A stretch of DNA of 64,000 nt. Origin: an uncultured Phycisphaerales bacterium. GTDB lineage: Bacteria; Planctomycetota; Phycisphaerae; Tepidisphaerales; Tepidisphaeraceae. Positions 11,424 through 22,167 of the stretch are shown piece after piece. The notes beneath the pieces are model-generated. The model was not told the origin of the DNA. It searched no databases and saw only the letters and a list, made by a program, of their open reading frames with translations. The number at the start of each line of letters is the position of its first letter. Position 1 is the first letter of the stretch. The DNA is taken from assembly GCA_963844715.1 (NCBI GenBank), contig CAWJPJ010000006.1:1120001-1184000 (forward strand), written 5' to 3'. Position numbers and translations under genes: made by a program.

Positions 11424-12435
11424 CTAAACCACCATTTCCTTTTCGCCGCCGCGGCCGGCGATGATGATCTCGCCCGCATCTTCCAGCCGCCGCACCACGT
11501 CCACGATCTTCTGTTGCGCCGATTCCACGTCGCTGACGCGCACCGGCCCCATGTACTGCATGTCTTCCTGAATGAGTTGCGCCGCCCGCTCCGACATGTT
11601 CTTGAAAATCTTCTGCTTCAGTTCGTCGCTGGCGGTCTTCAGGGCCAGAGACAGCTCGTCGTTGTCCACTTCCTTGAGAACCGACTGAATGCCCTTGTCG
11701 TTGACCAGCAGGATGTCTTCGAACACGAACATGAGCCGCCGAATCTGCTCGACCAGGTCCGGATCCTCGGCCTCGAGGCCTTCCATGATCCCTTTTTCCG
11801 TCGAACGATCCGCCAGGTTCAGAATTTCCGCCACGGTGTCCACGCCGCCGGCTTTTTCGAACGTCTGGCTCACGATGTCCGACAAACGATGCTCCAGGCC
11901 TGCGCTCCACTTCATGAATCACTTCCGGATTGGTCTGCTCCATGTTGGCGATGCGCTTCACCACCTCGATCTGCTTCTGGCTGGCCAAACCCACGAGAAT
12001 TTCGCTCGCCTTTTGCGGCGGGAGATGCGCCAGGATCAGCGCGATCGTCTGCGGATGCTCGTCCTGAATGAATGTCAGCAGGTTTTCGCTCTCCGCCTTC
12101 TGCAAAAACGAAAACGGCGTGGTCTGCACCTGCTGCGTCACCTGCTTGATCACGCGCGAGGCGTCCGACTCGCTCAAAGACTTCCGCAATAGGGCCTTGG
12201 CATGCTCCAGGCCGCCCTCGCTCAGGTACGAATTCGCCAGGGCCAGGTTGTAGAACTCCCCGAAAACTTCCTTCCGGATATTCATCGAAATATCGCCGAG
12301 GCTGGCGATTTCGCGGCTGACTTCCTCCATCGACTCCGGAGACAGGCGCTTCAGAATCTCCGCCGCCTGGTCCTGCTCCATCGACAGCAGCAGGATCGCC
12401 GCCTTTTTCACTCCGTTTGCATCAGCACCTGGCAT
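11424..12435 (-). CDS. fliG: Flagellar motor switch protein FliG (frameshifted)
   Basis: GVKKAAILLLSM; EHPQTIALILAHL; MFVFEDI; NMSERAA; GPVRVSDVESAQQKIV. Confidence 0.96.
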
Positions 12436-12459
12436 GGTTCACCGTCGCCTTCCAAAACA

Positions 12460-14112
12460 TTATCGTTGGCTCATCCATCGCTTGACGAGATTCGCCGCTC
12501 CGTCGGGATTCGCTTTGACCAGTTCCTGTACCTGCTCGATCATCTGTTGAGCCTTGACCGACTCCTCATCCAATTCGATTCCATCGAGCGTGGCTCCTCC
12601 TTCACCAACCTCGCCGGCCACGCCGTCCCCCGCCACCAGTTTCCGAGACTCCGTCTCCTCGACCGCCTCTCCAACCCCCGTCGCCACCACGGGCGCGGGG
12701 GCGGTTTTCTTCACCATCGTCGAAACCATGAACATGCTCACCAAAGCCAGGGCCCCAACGCCGATCTCTTTCACGTGCCCAGTTAGCATCATCGACATCG
12801 GCGAGCCGGCGCTTGCGGACGCCGTCATCGGCGGCGGCGGCGCGTCGTTGTAAGCCAGGACAACGACCGCGTCATCGGTGGTTAAATTCGTGCACGCCTT
12901 GACGCTTTGCCGAATTCCCGCGATCTGCTCGTCCTCATAAGCGGAAAGCGCCGCATCATCCGGATCCTTGCCCCCGTTGTTATTCTTGTAGGAGTCCACA
13001 AAATAGCTCCGCGGCACCCGCACCGACGCCGCCACCACCGTCGCCTCGCCCGGCGACTGCTTGATGAACGTATCCTCATGCGAATTGTCGGTCTGGAATT
13101 CGCTCTTGGAATCCGTGCTGCTGCTGGTGTTGGCGCCCCCGGGTGCGCTGCTGACCGACCCCCCGATGTTGGCCACCGCGCCCGCTTCCTGCGCGCTGCT
13201 GGCGTCCGCCGAGGTCGTCTGGTCGTCTTGCTCCTCCGTTTTGCTCGGGATCGACACCACGCTCTTCGGGTCGATCTTGTGGCTGCGCGTCTCGGTATAC
13301 GCGGTATTCAGCTTCACCGTCACCGCGACCAGGAGCCCGTTCACGTCGCCAAATAGATCGCGAATCTTGCTGCGATAAAAATCCTCGTTCTGCCGCATCG
13401 CGTCGACCATGGTGTCGTCGTTGCCCATCGAGTCGTCGCCGGGATCGGGCACGTAGCACGGCATCCCGTCCACCACGATGTTGATCCGGCTTCGCACCAG
13501 CCCCGCCTCCGCGCCGCTGACGACGCTGGCCGCCGCTTCGGCAAGCTGCTTCGATCCGCTGCGCGTCGAGCGATTGGTGGTGATCTCCACCATCGCCGAC
13601 GGCTGGACCGCGTTTCCGTCAAAGCTGCGCTCGTTGGTCGGATCGATCACCACCACCGCGTTCGACACGCCGGGGAACTGCGCGATCACCATCGAAAGCG
13701 TCCGCTGCTTCGCCTCCAGGTACATCCGGTCGGATTTTTCCGGGCTATCCAGCCAGTTGATGTTCTTGATGATGTCGTCGAAGCCTGTCGTGAAATTCCG
13801 CGGCAAGACCTGCGAATAACCTAGCTCCGCCAGCACTTCCAGCTTCTGATCCGCCGGCACCAGCACCTTGTCCCCGACGACCTTGTGCGCGATTCCCTTC
13901 CCGTCGAGGTTCGCCACGATCGTCGTGATGTCGTCCTGGCTCAGCGACTGATTCAGCACCGGCTCCATGTCCGGCTCGGCGGCCCAGTACGACCACCAGA
14001 CGATCGTCATCACCATGATCGCGACCAGACACATCGACAGCATCTTCTGGCTCGCGGACAGGGCGCCGATTTGTTCTTGGATGCGCGCGAATTGCGCTTT
14101 GAGGAATTCCAT
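12460..14112 (-). CDS. fliF: Flagellar M-ring protein FliF
   Basis: Two TM helices flanking a large periplasmic domain; C-terminal VKANPDGAANLVKRWM; between fliE and fliG. Confidence 0.9.
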   Translation of the reverse strand: MEFLKAQFARIQEQIGALSASQKMLSMCLVAIMVMTIVWWSYWAAEPDMEPVLNQSLSQDDITTIVANLDGKGIAHKVVGDKVLVPADQKLEVLAELGYSQVLPRNFTTGFDDIIKNINWLDSPEKSDRMYLEAKQRTLSMVIAQFPGVSNAVVVIDPTNERSFDGNAVQPSAMVEITTNRSTRSGSKQLAEAAASVVSGAEAGLVRSRINIVVDGMPCYVPDPGDDSMGNDDTMVDAMRQNEDFYRSKIRDLFGDVNGLLVAVTVKLNTAYTETRSHKIDPKSVVSIPSKTEEQDDQTTSADASSAQEAGAVANIGGSVSSAPGGANTSSSTDSKSEFQTDNSHEDTFIKQSPGEATVVAASVRVPRSYFVDSYKNNNGGKDPDDAALSAYEDEQIAGIRQSVKACTNLTTDDAVVVLAYNDAPPPPMTASASAGSPMSMMLTGHVKEIGVGALALVSMFMVSTMVKKTAPAPVVATGVGEAVEETESRKLVAGDGVAGEVGEGGATLDGIELDEESVKAQQMIEQVQELVKANPDGAANLVKRWMSQR

Positions 14113-14236
14113 CGCTCAGCCCTCCCTGGCCGAGGAGAAATCTTTCTCGGACATGACAATTGTCGATCCGTCCCGGCCTTCCTTGCCGGGAAACTTAATC
14201 ACATCTTAAAAACGCGCCGAGAGATTGCAATCGTTT

Positions 14237-14553
14237 TTAAACCGAAATTCCTTTGATTTCGTCGTACGCGTCCATCAGTTTGGTCCGGATCGCCAAAAGC
14301 GTTTTGAAGGCCAGGTCGGCTTTCTCGACCGCCGTCATCACCCCCGTCACGTTCTGCGTCTGCCCCGTGGCCACGTCGTCCACGGCCTGGGTCGCGTCCT
14401 GCTGTAGCTTGGAGACTTCGTCGATGCTCTTCTGCAAGACGTCGGAAAAACTGGTCTCCCCGGCGCCCCGGCCGGCGCCGCCGGCGCGCCCGTACCGGCG
14501 GAAGTTGCGCTACGGATACCCGATGCGAGATTGGCGGCGGCTGGGTCAATCAC
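14237..14553 (-). CDS. fliE: Hook-basal body protein FliE (frameshifted)
   Basis: SIDEVSKLQ...VMTAVEKADLAFKTLLAIRTKLMDAYDEI. Confidence 0.93.
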
Positions 14554-14566
14554 TTTTCAATCCCAC

Positions 14567-14971
14567 TTAGGCCAGCAAACGCAGGCTCGAATTGAACATC
14601 GCCTTGGCGGTATCCATCATGGTGATGTTCGCCTCATATGCCCGCGATGCCTCGAGCGCGTTCACGTACTCGATCGACAAATCGATGTTCGGATAAAGGA
14701 CGTACCCGTCCTTGTCAGCGTCGGGATTTCCCGGCTCATATCGCCGGGCCAGCGGCGATTGATCGATCCCCACCGTCTGCACATGCACGCCCGGCTTCGA
14801 CGGATCATCGGCCTGACCCGGCGCCAAAACCACGAACCGACGCCGATACGGATTGAGCTTGCCCGCCGGATCGCGCGTCGTATTGATATTGGCTATATTT
14901 CCGGCGATCGTGTCCAGCCGTGCGCGCTGCGCCATCAAACCGCTGGCGCCTGTATCCAGAACATCAAACAT
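14567..14971 (-). CDS. flgC: Basal body rod protein FlgC
   Basis: ASGLMAQRARLDTIAGNIANINTT...PYRRR...YEPGNPDADKDGYVLYPNI...ASRAYEAN. Confidence 0.97.
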   Translation of the reverse strand: MFDVLDTGASGLMAQRARLDTIAGNIANINTTRDPAGKLNPYRRRFVVLAPGQADDPSKPGVHVQTVGIDQSPLARRYEPGNPDADKDGYVLYPNIDLSIEYVNALEASRAYEANITMMDTAKAMFNSSLRLLA

Positions 14972-15017
14972 AAGCCTGACTCCTCAGGGTAAACCGCCTC
15001 TGCCAAACCGGCAGCGA

Positions 15018-15416
15018 TTAGCTCACTCTCTCACGCAGCGCCATCTCCATGACGCTGTACTGCTGCCGCAGCAACTCCACTGCAAGCTGATGCATCAGGG
15101 CATTTTTCGCCTGATCCGTCATCAATTGTTCCATCGACCGGTTATTCCCGTCATGAAAAAGCAGGGACCGAGGCTGCTGAACGTCCATCGAAATATCGTC
15201 AAAGCTCACCGTTCCCGGCGCACTGCTGTCCCGCTCCTGCAGCCGGTCCTTCAGCACGCTTTGAAACCGCGCCAGCGACAAATCCTTTTGTCGATACCCC
15301 GGCGTCGAGGCGTTCGCCACATTATCTGCAAGCAATCGCTCGCGCGCTTCGGTGAATTGCAGCCACTGTTCCAGCAGCGGCGAACTGTCTTGATTGAGCA
15401 TCCGGTCTAGAAACAT
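15018..15416 (-). CDS. flgB: Basal body rod protein FlgB
   Basis: RERLLADNVANASTPGYRQKDL...DGNNRSME...KNALMH. Confidence 0.93.
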   Translation of the reverse strand: MFLDRMLNQDSSPLLEQWLQFTEARERLLADNVANASTPGYRQKDLSLARFQSVLKDRLQERDSSAPGTVSFDDISMDVQQPRSLLFHDGNNRSMEQLMTDQAKNALMHQLAVELLRQQYSVMEMALRERVS

Positions 15417-15429
15417 TCAGGCCTCCGAT

Positions 15430-15446
15430 ATCAAACCGCGTGCCAA
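15430..15446 (-). promoter_or_regulatory. Candidate sigma54 promoter for flgB
   Basis: TTGGCACGCGGTTTGAT: perfect TGGCACG -24 box, N4, then TTGA in place of TTGC. Confidence 0.5.
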
Positions 15447-15532
15447 TAAAACTCCCCTCTCCAGATAGTCTCAAAGAGGTTCCGGATGACGGCCGAGCGC
15501 AATACTCGCCGCACCCGCGCAAGACCTGCGCT

Positions 15533-16912
15533 TCAGGTTCCCGTCGCCACCGGCTCGACCAATTCGCCTTCATCGCGCCAGCGTTTGAGCTTCATGCCCA
15601 GCGTTCGCACGCCGATTCCCAGCGCCGTCGCCGTCCGAACACGATGTCCCTTGAACTGCTGAAGCGTGCTTAGGATCACTTGCTTCTCGATATCCGCCAG
15701 CGGACGCCCCGCCAATCCTTCGGCGATCGGCGCCGCCGCCGTGTGCTTCAGCCACGGCTCGATCGTTCCCGCCGTGATCACGCCCGGCTGCGTCTCCAGC
15801 ACCACCGCCCGCTCGAGAATATTCTGCAATTCGCGCACGTTCCCTGGCCAATCGTATTTCTGCAGCAGCCGCAGCGCCTCCGGCTCGATATGCCGGAACG
15901 CCGCCTTCTCGCGCTGGCTCGCCTGATGCAGAAAATGCCGGCACAGCTCCGGCATATCCTCCATGCCGGTTCCGCAGCGGCGGAATTTCAATCGGCACCA
16001 CGTTCAAGCCGATAAAACAGATCGCGCCGAAAATCCCCCTCTTCGACGCATCGCTCCAGATTCCGATTCGTCGTCGCGATCACCCGCACGTCCACCTGCT
16101 GCGTCAGGCTGCTTCCCACTCGCTCAAAACAGTTCTCCTGCAATACGCGCAGCAGCTTCGCCTGTAGCGCCGGCGCGATTTCGCTGATTTCATCCAGCAG
16201 CAGCGTCCCGCCATCGGCCAATTCAAATCGCCCGCGACGAAGCTTGATCGGCCCCGGTAAACGCCCCCTTTTCATGCCCGAACAATTCCGATTCCAGCAG
16301 ATTTTCGGAAAGCGCCGCGCAATTCACCGCCAGCATCGGCCTCTCCCGCCGCGCCGACGTCACATGAATCTGCCGCGCAACCACTTCCTTGCCCGTGCCG
16401 CTTTCACCGCGGATCAGCACCGTCGCGTTGCTGCGCGACACCATTTCGATCTTCTGCCTCACCTGCTCCATCGCCGCGCTCGTTCCGATCAGCGGCCGCG
16501 GCGATCCGATCTCCGTCATGCTGCGAAACGCCTGGTTTTCCAGCTTCAGCCGGCTATGCTCCAGCGTCCGATCCACCAGCAGCTTGATCTCCTCCCCGTC
16601 AAACGGCTTTTGAATGTAGTCATACGCCCCCAGCTTCATCGCCTCGACGGCCGTGCTCACCGTCGCGAACGCCGTCATCAACACCACCGGCATCTCGGGC
16701 CGCACGCCTCTTCGCCTCGGCGAGCAATTCCAGCCCGGTCATCTTCGGCATCTTCAAATCGGTGATGAGCAGATCGAATCGCGCCGACGCCAGCCGCGCC
16801 ACCGCGGCCGGCCCGTCGTTGGCGGCGATCACTTCGTGCCCCTCGCGCCAGCGTCGCCGGCAAGCGAGTCTCGCATCATGTCCTGATCATCGACGATCAA
16901 TATTCGAGCCAT
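15533..16912 (-). CDS. NtrC-family sigma54-dependent response regulator (FlgR/FleR-like; frameshifted)
   Basis: MARILIVDD receiver with [36 protein letters not shown]-terminal Fis-type HTH. Confidence 0.93.
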
Positions 16913-16925
16913 GGGTTCTCCGAGT

Positions 16926-17790
16926 TTAAATCCTGATTTCGAACACGGCCCCGCCTTCGGGATGATTACCCGCGGTAATCGCCCCATCGTGCGCCTCCAC
17001 GATGCGGTGCACGATCGCCAAACCCAGCCCCGTCCCCGTCTCCTTGGTGCTGAAAAATGGATGGAAAATCCTTTCCAGCGCCGAAGCCGATATTCCCGGC
17101 CCGCTGTCGCGGATTCTCAGCAGCCAGTGCCCGCCGTCGATTTCGCCCCACTCGATCCGCACTTCTCCGCCGCCCGCCGAGCGCTTCCACCGCGTTAATG
17201 AGCAAATTCAAAACCGCCTGCCCCATCATCAGCGGATCGACGCGCACCACCATCGGCCGCGGCCCCTCGGCCAGGCACTCGGTCCCGCGCGGCCCGATGC
17301 GCTCCCCCGCCAGCTCAATCGCCTGCTCGATGATCTGCGCCAAATCACTTTCGACGGGATGCGCCTGCATTTCCCGCGTGAATTGCAATACCTGCCCCAC
17401 CAGCGATTCCAGCCTCTTCACGCCCGCCGTGATCTTTTGCGCCAATTCCAGCGCTTCGGGCATGTCCTGCAAATCGTCGGCCAGCATCGACGCGTACAAC
17501 TGAATCCCCCCCAGCGGATTGCGGATTTCGTGCGCCATCCCCGCCGCCATTTCCCCCAAGGCGGCCATTCTTTCCCGCCGGGACAGCTCGCGATTTTTCG
17601 CCGACAGTTCCTCGCGGAGCGTCTGCACGGTCTGCTCGAGCTGCACGTGCGATTTCTGGAGCTTGTCCGTGACGTCGCTGTAAGCCAGGATGATCCGCCC
17701 GAGATCCTCGATACGCTTGGCGTGCGCGGCCGACGGAGCTTGCGTGTCGTGATGTCCGGCGGGCGAGGGTTTTTCGGCAACGGTTTCCAT
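16926..17790 (-). CDS. Cytoplasmic sensor histidine kinase (FlgS/FleS-like; frameshifted)
   Basis: ALGEMAAGMAHEIRNPLGGI H-box; NLLINAVEA; DSGPGI; FHPFFSTKETGTGLGL; coiled-coil N-terminus with no TM helix. Confidence 0.92.
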
Positions 17791-17800
17791 CGGTCTCGCT

Positions 17801-18246
17801 TTAGCTTTGCAAATCCAGGGCCGCCGGGCGATTCCCATATGCCGCCGCGGCGTACGCGCGCATTCACGCGCCGCGCCGTCGTGGCATTTTCGATCTGCCG
17901 GCCCAGATTCAGTTTCCTTTGCTGCAAAACCATCGTGTCGTTGCGATCCGCGGTCGTGATGTCGGCCAGCAACTGCCTGGCCTGCCCCATCATCGCTTCC
18001 GCTCTCGTCCGCTGCGCCGCCGGAAGCTTGGAGAGATACTGCCCCCACGCCTTTTTCGCCGGCGCGATGCACTGTTCCAGGTCGGCCGCCTGGTCGAGCA
18101 ATTCCTGCCGCTTGCGTCAGAACCATCAGCAATTCTTCCGTGCGATTGTTCTTCACGTGCTCGTGCTGCACCGCCGCCAGCTTGGACAGGCGCCGGTAGC
18201 ACTCCACCTGCCGCGTCAGCGCCTCAAGGATCGGATCATCTGCCAT
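17801..18246 (-). CDS. FlgN-like helical flagellar protein (frameshifted)
   Basis: MADDPILEALTRQVECYRRLSKLA...EELLMVL..., amphipathic helices, ends ...ALDLQS*; flagellar context. Confidence 0.55.
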
Positions 18247-18274
18247 GTTTAAAACTCGACTTTCTTTCTGCAAA

Positions 18275-20684
18275 TCACCACATTCCCGCATTGCTCGTCC
18301 ATTGAAGCCACTGATCCCAATACTTCTTCGGCATCGAAAAGCTGTCGTCCTGAAACGCCTCGGACGGCATGTGCTGGAGCATCCACTTGGCCCGGTTGTT
18401 TGCTGCCTTGGCCTCCTCCGGCTTCCCCAGGGCGATGTAGGCGTTGACGATCTGCACATACGCCGCGACCGACGACGGATCGTTCTGATAGCTGAACGCC
18501 GCCGAATCGTAGAGTTTGATCGCCTCTTCGTAATTCCCCAGGTCGTACATGCAATCGGCGCGATAAAAGTACGCCAGCTTCAGATCGAGCTTGTCGAGAT
18601 CGGTCTGTGTCCCCGTCGCTCGGTAAAGATCGATCGCCTGGTCGTAGAGCGCCCGTGCCTTGGCGAGCCGATCGCGCTTCGCCGCCACGACTTCCGCCAC
18701 ATCGATGGCGCCGCCCGGCGTTTCGCTCGCCGCGGCGGTCACCGCCGCGCCCGGCGTCGCGCTCGCGCCCGCCGATTGCGCCGATGCCAGCTTGATATCC
18801 AAAAGTCCCGCGCTCTTTCGATAGCTGTCCGCCATCAGGAAGACCATCTGCGGCTTCTGTTCGTCCTGCGGATATCGATCCGTCAATTCCTGAGCCCGGG
18901 CGACGGCCTCCTCGTACCGCCCGGTCCGGTAGTAAAGCAACGCCAGATCGTGCAGGGATTCCTTGAATTCCTCGGCCGACGGGTCGATGCGCGGATTATT
19001 CTCGACCACGCTCAGCAGAGTCTTTTCGGCTTTGCCGTAAAAGTTCGGGCCCTTGGCGATATACGCCTGCGCCAGCGGCACCGACGATTTATCCGCCGCC
19101 AGGCTGTTGGGGTAAAAGAGGGCATTACGCTGATAAGCGTCGATCGCCTTGTCGAACAGCCCCGCCGCCTGGCACGCCTGGCCCAGCGCGCAGCAGCGCA
19201 TCGGGCGCCAGCCGATCCTCCGGCCTTTCCGCGACGAACAAATCCAGCGTTGAGATCACCGCCGGCAGATTGCCGGCCCGGTCGTACAGATCCACTCCGT
19301 GCCACAGCGCCTCGGCGTATCCAGCATCGTCCTGAATCGTCAGCTGGCGCGAATAAATGAGGTACGCGTCTCCCGACTTGTTCCGAAGATCGCGAACCTG
19401 CTGGGTCCGGCGGATTTGATCGGCCGGGTTCGCGTCGGGAATCGTCGCCTCGACCTGATCCGCGCGCTTCTCGTAAACCCTGCCCAGCCGGGCATAAAAT
19501 CCCGCGTGCGGGTTCGGATCGAGCGTCTGCTCCAGCGCCAGGATTTCTATCGCCGATTGGTAATCCTCCCGATCGACGATCAGGTCCTCCGCCTGATGCA
19601 ATCCATCCAGCGCCTCTGCCTTCACGCGCGGCTCCGTCTCGTGTCTTTGCATCTCGACCGTCAGCTCGTGCAAATCCTCCATGCCCGCGTCGGTATCGTT
19701 ATTCGACAGGCGGCAGATTCCCCTCCCCAATTTCGCCAGCGGCGCCATCGACGATTCCGGGTGGCTCTCCAGCACCGAATTGTAAAAGGAGAGCGCGGTC
19801 GCGGCGTCCCCCCGATCCTGATAGATGCGGCCCAGATAGTACGCCGCATCCGCATCCAGCGGATGACGCACGCGCAGCTCGTCGCGCGCCAGGCGCAAAT
19901 ACCTCTCGGCGTCGTTGGGCTCACCCTCTCGATACGCGCAATACCCCAGCTGAAAATTGAAGACCCCCTGATTCTCCGGGTCGGAATCCAGCCGCAGCGC
20001 GTCATTCAAAAGTTTGCGCGCCTCGGCGAATTTTCGTTGATCGATCAAAATCCCCGCCCGCTGACCCAGGGCCCAGGCCCGCTCCGCGTCCGACAGTTCC
20101 GGGCGGCGCAGATATTCGTCCAATGTCACGTCGGCATTGGCCAGGTCGTTTTCGCTGATCTGTAATTCGATCAGCTTGCGGTAGAGGCTCAGGGCATGGT
20201 CGCTGTCCATCGCGATCGCTTGGCGGTAATGCTCGATCGCCTCATCGTTGCGCCCCAGGGCGGCGTCGCTGTCGGCCAGACGCCGATGCACGTTCGCGTC
20301 GGGAACCGCCCCCAAATCCATCGCCAATTCCGTCTGCTCGATGATGCGCTCGTGATTGGCGGGAATGCTGATCTTTTCCTGGTTTTGCAAATCCTCCAGA
20401 GACTCTGCGAGCATCAGGTGTATTTGCGCTTCCTTATCCTTGGGCGGTTTTTCCGATTCCAGAATGCGGACAAGCTGCTGCCACGCCGCGTCGGGGCGCT
20501 GCAAATCCAGATAGTGCCGTGCCACCGCGATCTTTTGATCGATGGATGCACCGGGGCCCGGATTGATGAACAGATACCCCGCAAAAATAAACAGGGCGAT
20601 GGAAACGATCAGAAGGGGAAGTTGCCAGAGTTGGGAAAGACGACCGACGGTCTCGCGAAAGGAAGGCGCGCGCGATTGAGCCAT
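18275..20684 (-). CDS. Large membrane-anchored TPR protein (about 800 aa; one frameshift)
   Basis: N-terminal TM helix LWQLPLLIVSIALFIFAGYLF; many TPR-like helices (AYYLGRIY, ALLYYRTGRYEEA, ADCMYDLGNYEEAIKLY). Confidence 0.85.
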
Positions 20685-20800
20685 GGCATCCCTGCCTTTT
20701 TACACAACCGGTCCTCGGTCATCCTGACCGACGGTTCGCGAGTATATCCGGTGCATCGGCAAAAACAACAGCCATTAGTCCCTATCCGAGGCAAAAAATG

Positions 20801-20917
20801 CAACCGCGGAGACACAGAGACGCGGAGACAGACGCGGAGAAAACAAAATGCAATTCTTTCAAAAGAAGCATTTCAATTCTCTGCGTCTGTCTCCGCGTCT
20901 CTGTGTCTCCGCGGTTG
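20801..20917. repeat. Long palindromic REP/MITE-like element (41-bp arms)
   Basis: caaccgcggagacacagagacgcggagacagacgcggagaa is the reverse complement of 20877-20917 with one mismatch. Confidence 0.92.
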
Positions 20918-20927
20918 AATTTAGGAC

Positions 20928-20963
20928 AAAAAAATCGCTCCGCCCGGCTGAAGGGCGGAGCGA
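20928..20963 (-). terminator. Intrinsic terminator of the OmpA-domain lipoprotein gene
   Basis: TCGCTCCGCCC/GGGCGGAGCGA stem followed by a U-tract on the minus strand. Confidence 0.75.
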
Positions 20964-21033
20964 GGAGGGAAAGAGTCAACGACCGTGAAGGCCTGCCCCG
21001 GCTAATGGGTTTAGCCGGGACAGACCGGGATAA

Positions 21034-21952
21034 TTACTTGTTTAGCAACGAGCGATCGTCGGCGCTGGAGGTGGTGTCCTTATCCAGCCGGGACCGTGCC
21101 GAGGCGTGCCGCGGATCGGTGCTCATGTCCGAGCTGTCGCCGGCCAATGAGGAACGGGACGACGTCGGGAGAATCAGAATCTCGACGCGTCGATTCTGCG
21201 CCCGGCCTGCCTCGGTATTGTTGCTGGCGATGGGGCGCTGATCGGCATAACCCGCCACGCCCAGGCGCCGCTTGCTGACGCCGTCGCGGACGAGTTCCGC
21301 CGCAACCGCTATGGCGCGATGCGCCGAGAGATACCAGTTATCGAAATGGCCCTGCTCGATGGTCGATTGCCGCGACACGCGGGTGTTGTCGGTGTGGCCG
21401 GCGACCATGAGTTCATATCCGCTGGCGCCGGTAGAATTGAGAATCTCGGCGAAGCGCTGGATCGCCGCCTTCGCCTTGTCGCTGACATCCGCGCTTCCCA
21501 GCGCGAAGGTCACGTCGCTCTTGAACTTCACCACGCCCCGCGCCGCGTCGAAATCGACGACGTCGGGATTCGCGGCCGCGAAGTCGTTCAGCGCGTTGGT
21601 CAGCAGGCGCCGGAAGCGCCGAGCCGGTCGCTAGAACCTGCGGCGGACGCGAGAGTTCGTCCTCATACTTCGCCTGAATCGACGCGAGCTGCGCTCTCAT
21701 GTCGGAGATCTGCTGCTGATCGTTCAGCAGCATCGCGTCCTTGGTGTTGCCGGAATTGGCGATCGCGTCCAGTTGCGACTTGTAGGCGTCGGCCTGGGCG
21801 CGCTTGCGCTGTGAGTCAGCGTCGGACTGGCTGGCCTGCTCGGCAAGCGAGTCCGCACGCAACTTCATCGCATTGTATTTTTCCTGGGAAACGCAGCCTG
21901 TGAGCATCAGGCCGATTGCGGCTAGACCTAGCCACTTGTGCATCCGTGCCAT
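21034..21952 (-). CDS. OmpA/MotB-domain lipoprotein (frameshifted)
   Basis: Lipobox LTGC, coiled coil, then FALGSA...VAGHTDN...NWYLSAHRA...AGYADQRP...GRAQNRRVEI. Confidence 0.88.
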
Positions 21953-22120
21953 ACGTGGGCCTCCGTGCAGGTTGAATTGTCTTGCGGAAGGCGGCAGATG
22001 TTCTCAACCCATCTCGCCCGCATGCCGCACAAAACTGAATCTTTCAGTTTTCAATTACCCGACGATCGGAGCCGACCCCATTGCAGTCAAGGCGGCTCCG
22101 CCGCCGAAACTTCGCGCGCA

Positions 22121-22148
22121 TATTGACACAAAATTAAATATTTGCAAG
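22121..22148 (-). promoter_or_regulatory. Candidate sigma70-type promoter for the OmpA-domain lipoprotein gene
   Basis: TTGCAA-N16-CAATAT with TG extended -10 in an AT-rich patch. Confidence 0.3.
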
Positions 22149-22167
22149 TGGGGTGGGGAGAAAAAAG

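Noticed and set aside
9235..12435. Pseudogene or programmed-frameshift interpretation of split fliI, fliH and fliG
   Set aside because: The same splitting affects essential housekeeping genes across the window, so sequencing error is the simpler explanation
593..20918. Long plus-strand ORFs opposite flagellar genes (e.g. 4096..5823, 10704..12071, 17002..18252)
   Set aside because: Antisense shadows expected at high GC; Arg/Pro-rich with no recognisable motifs
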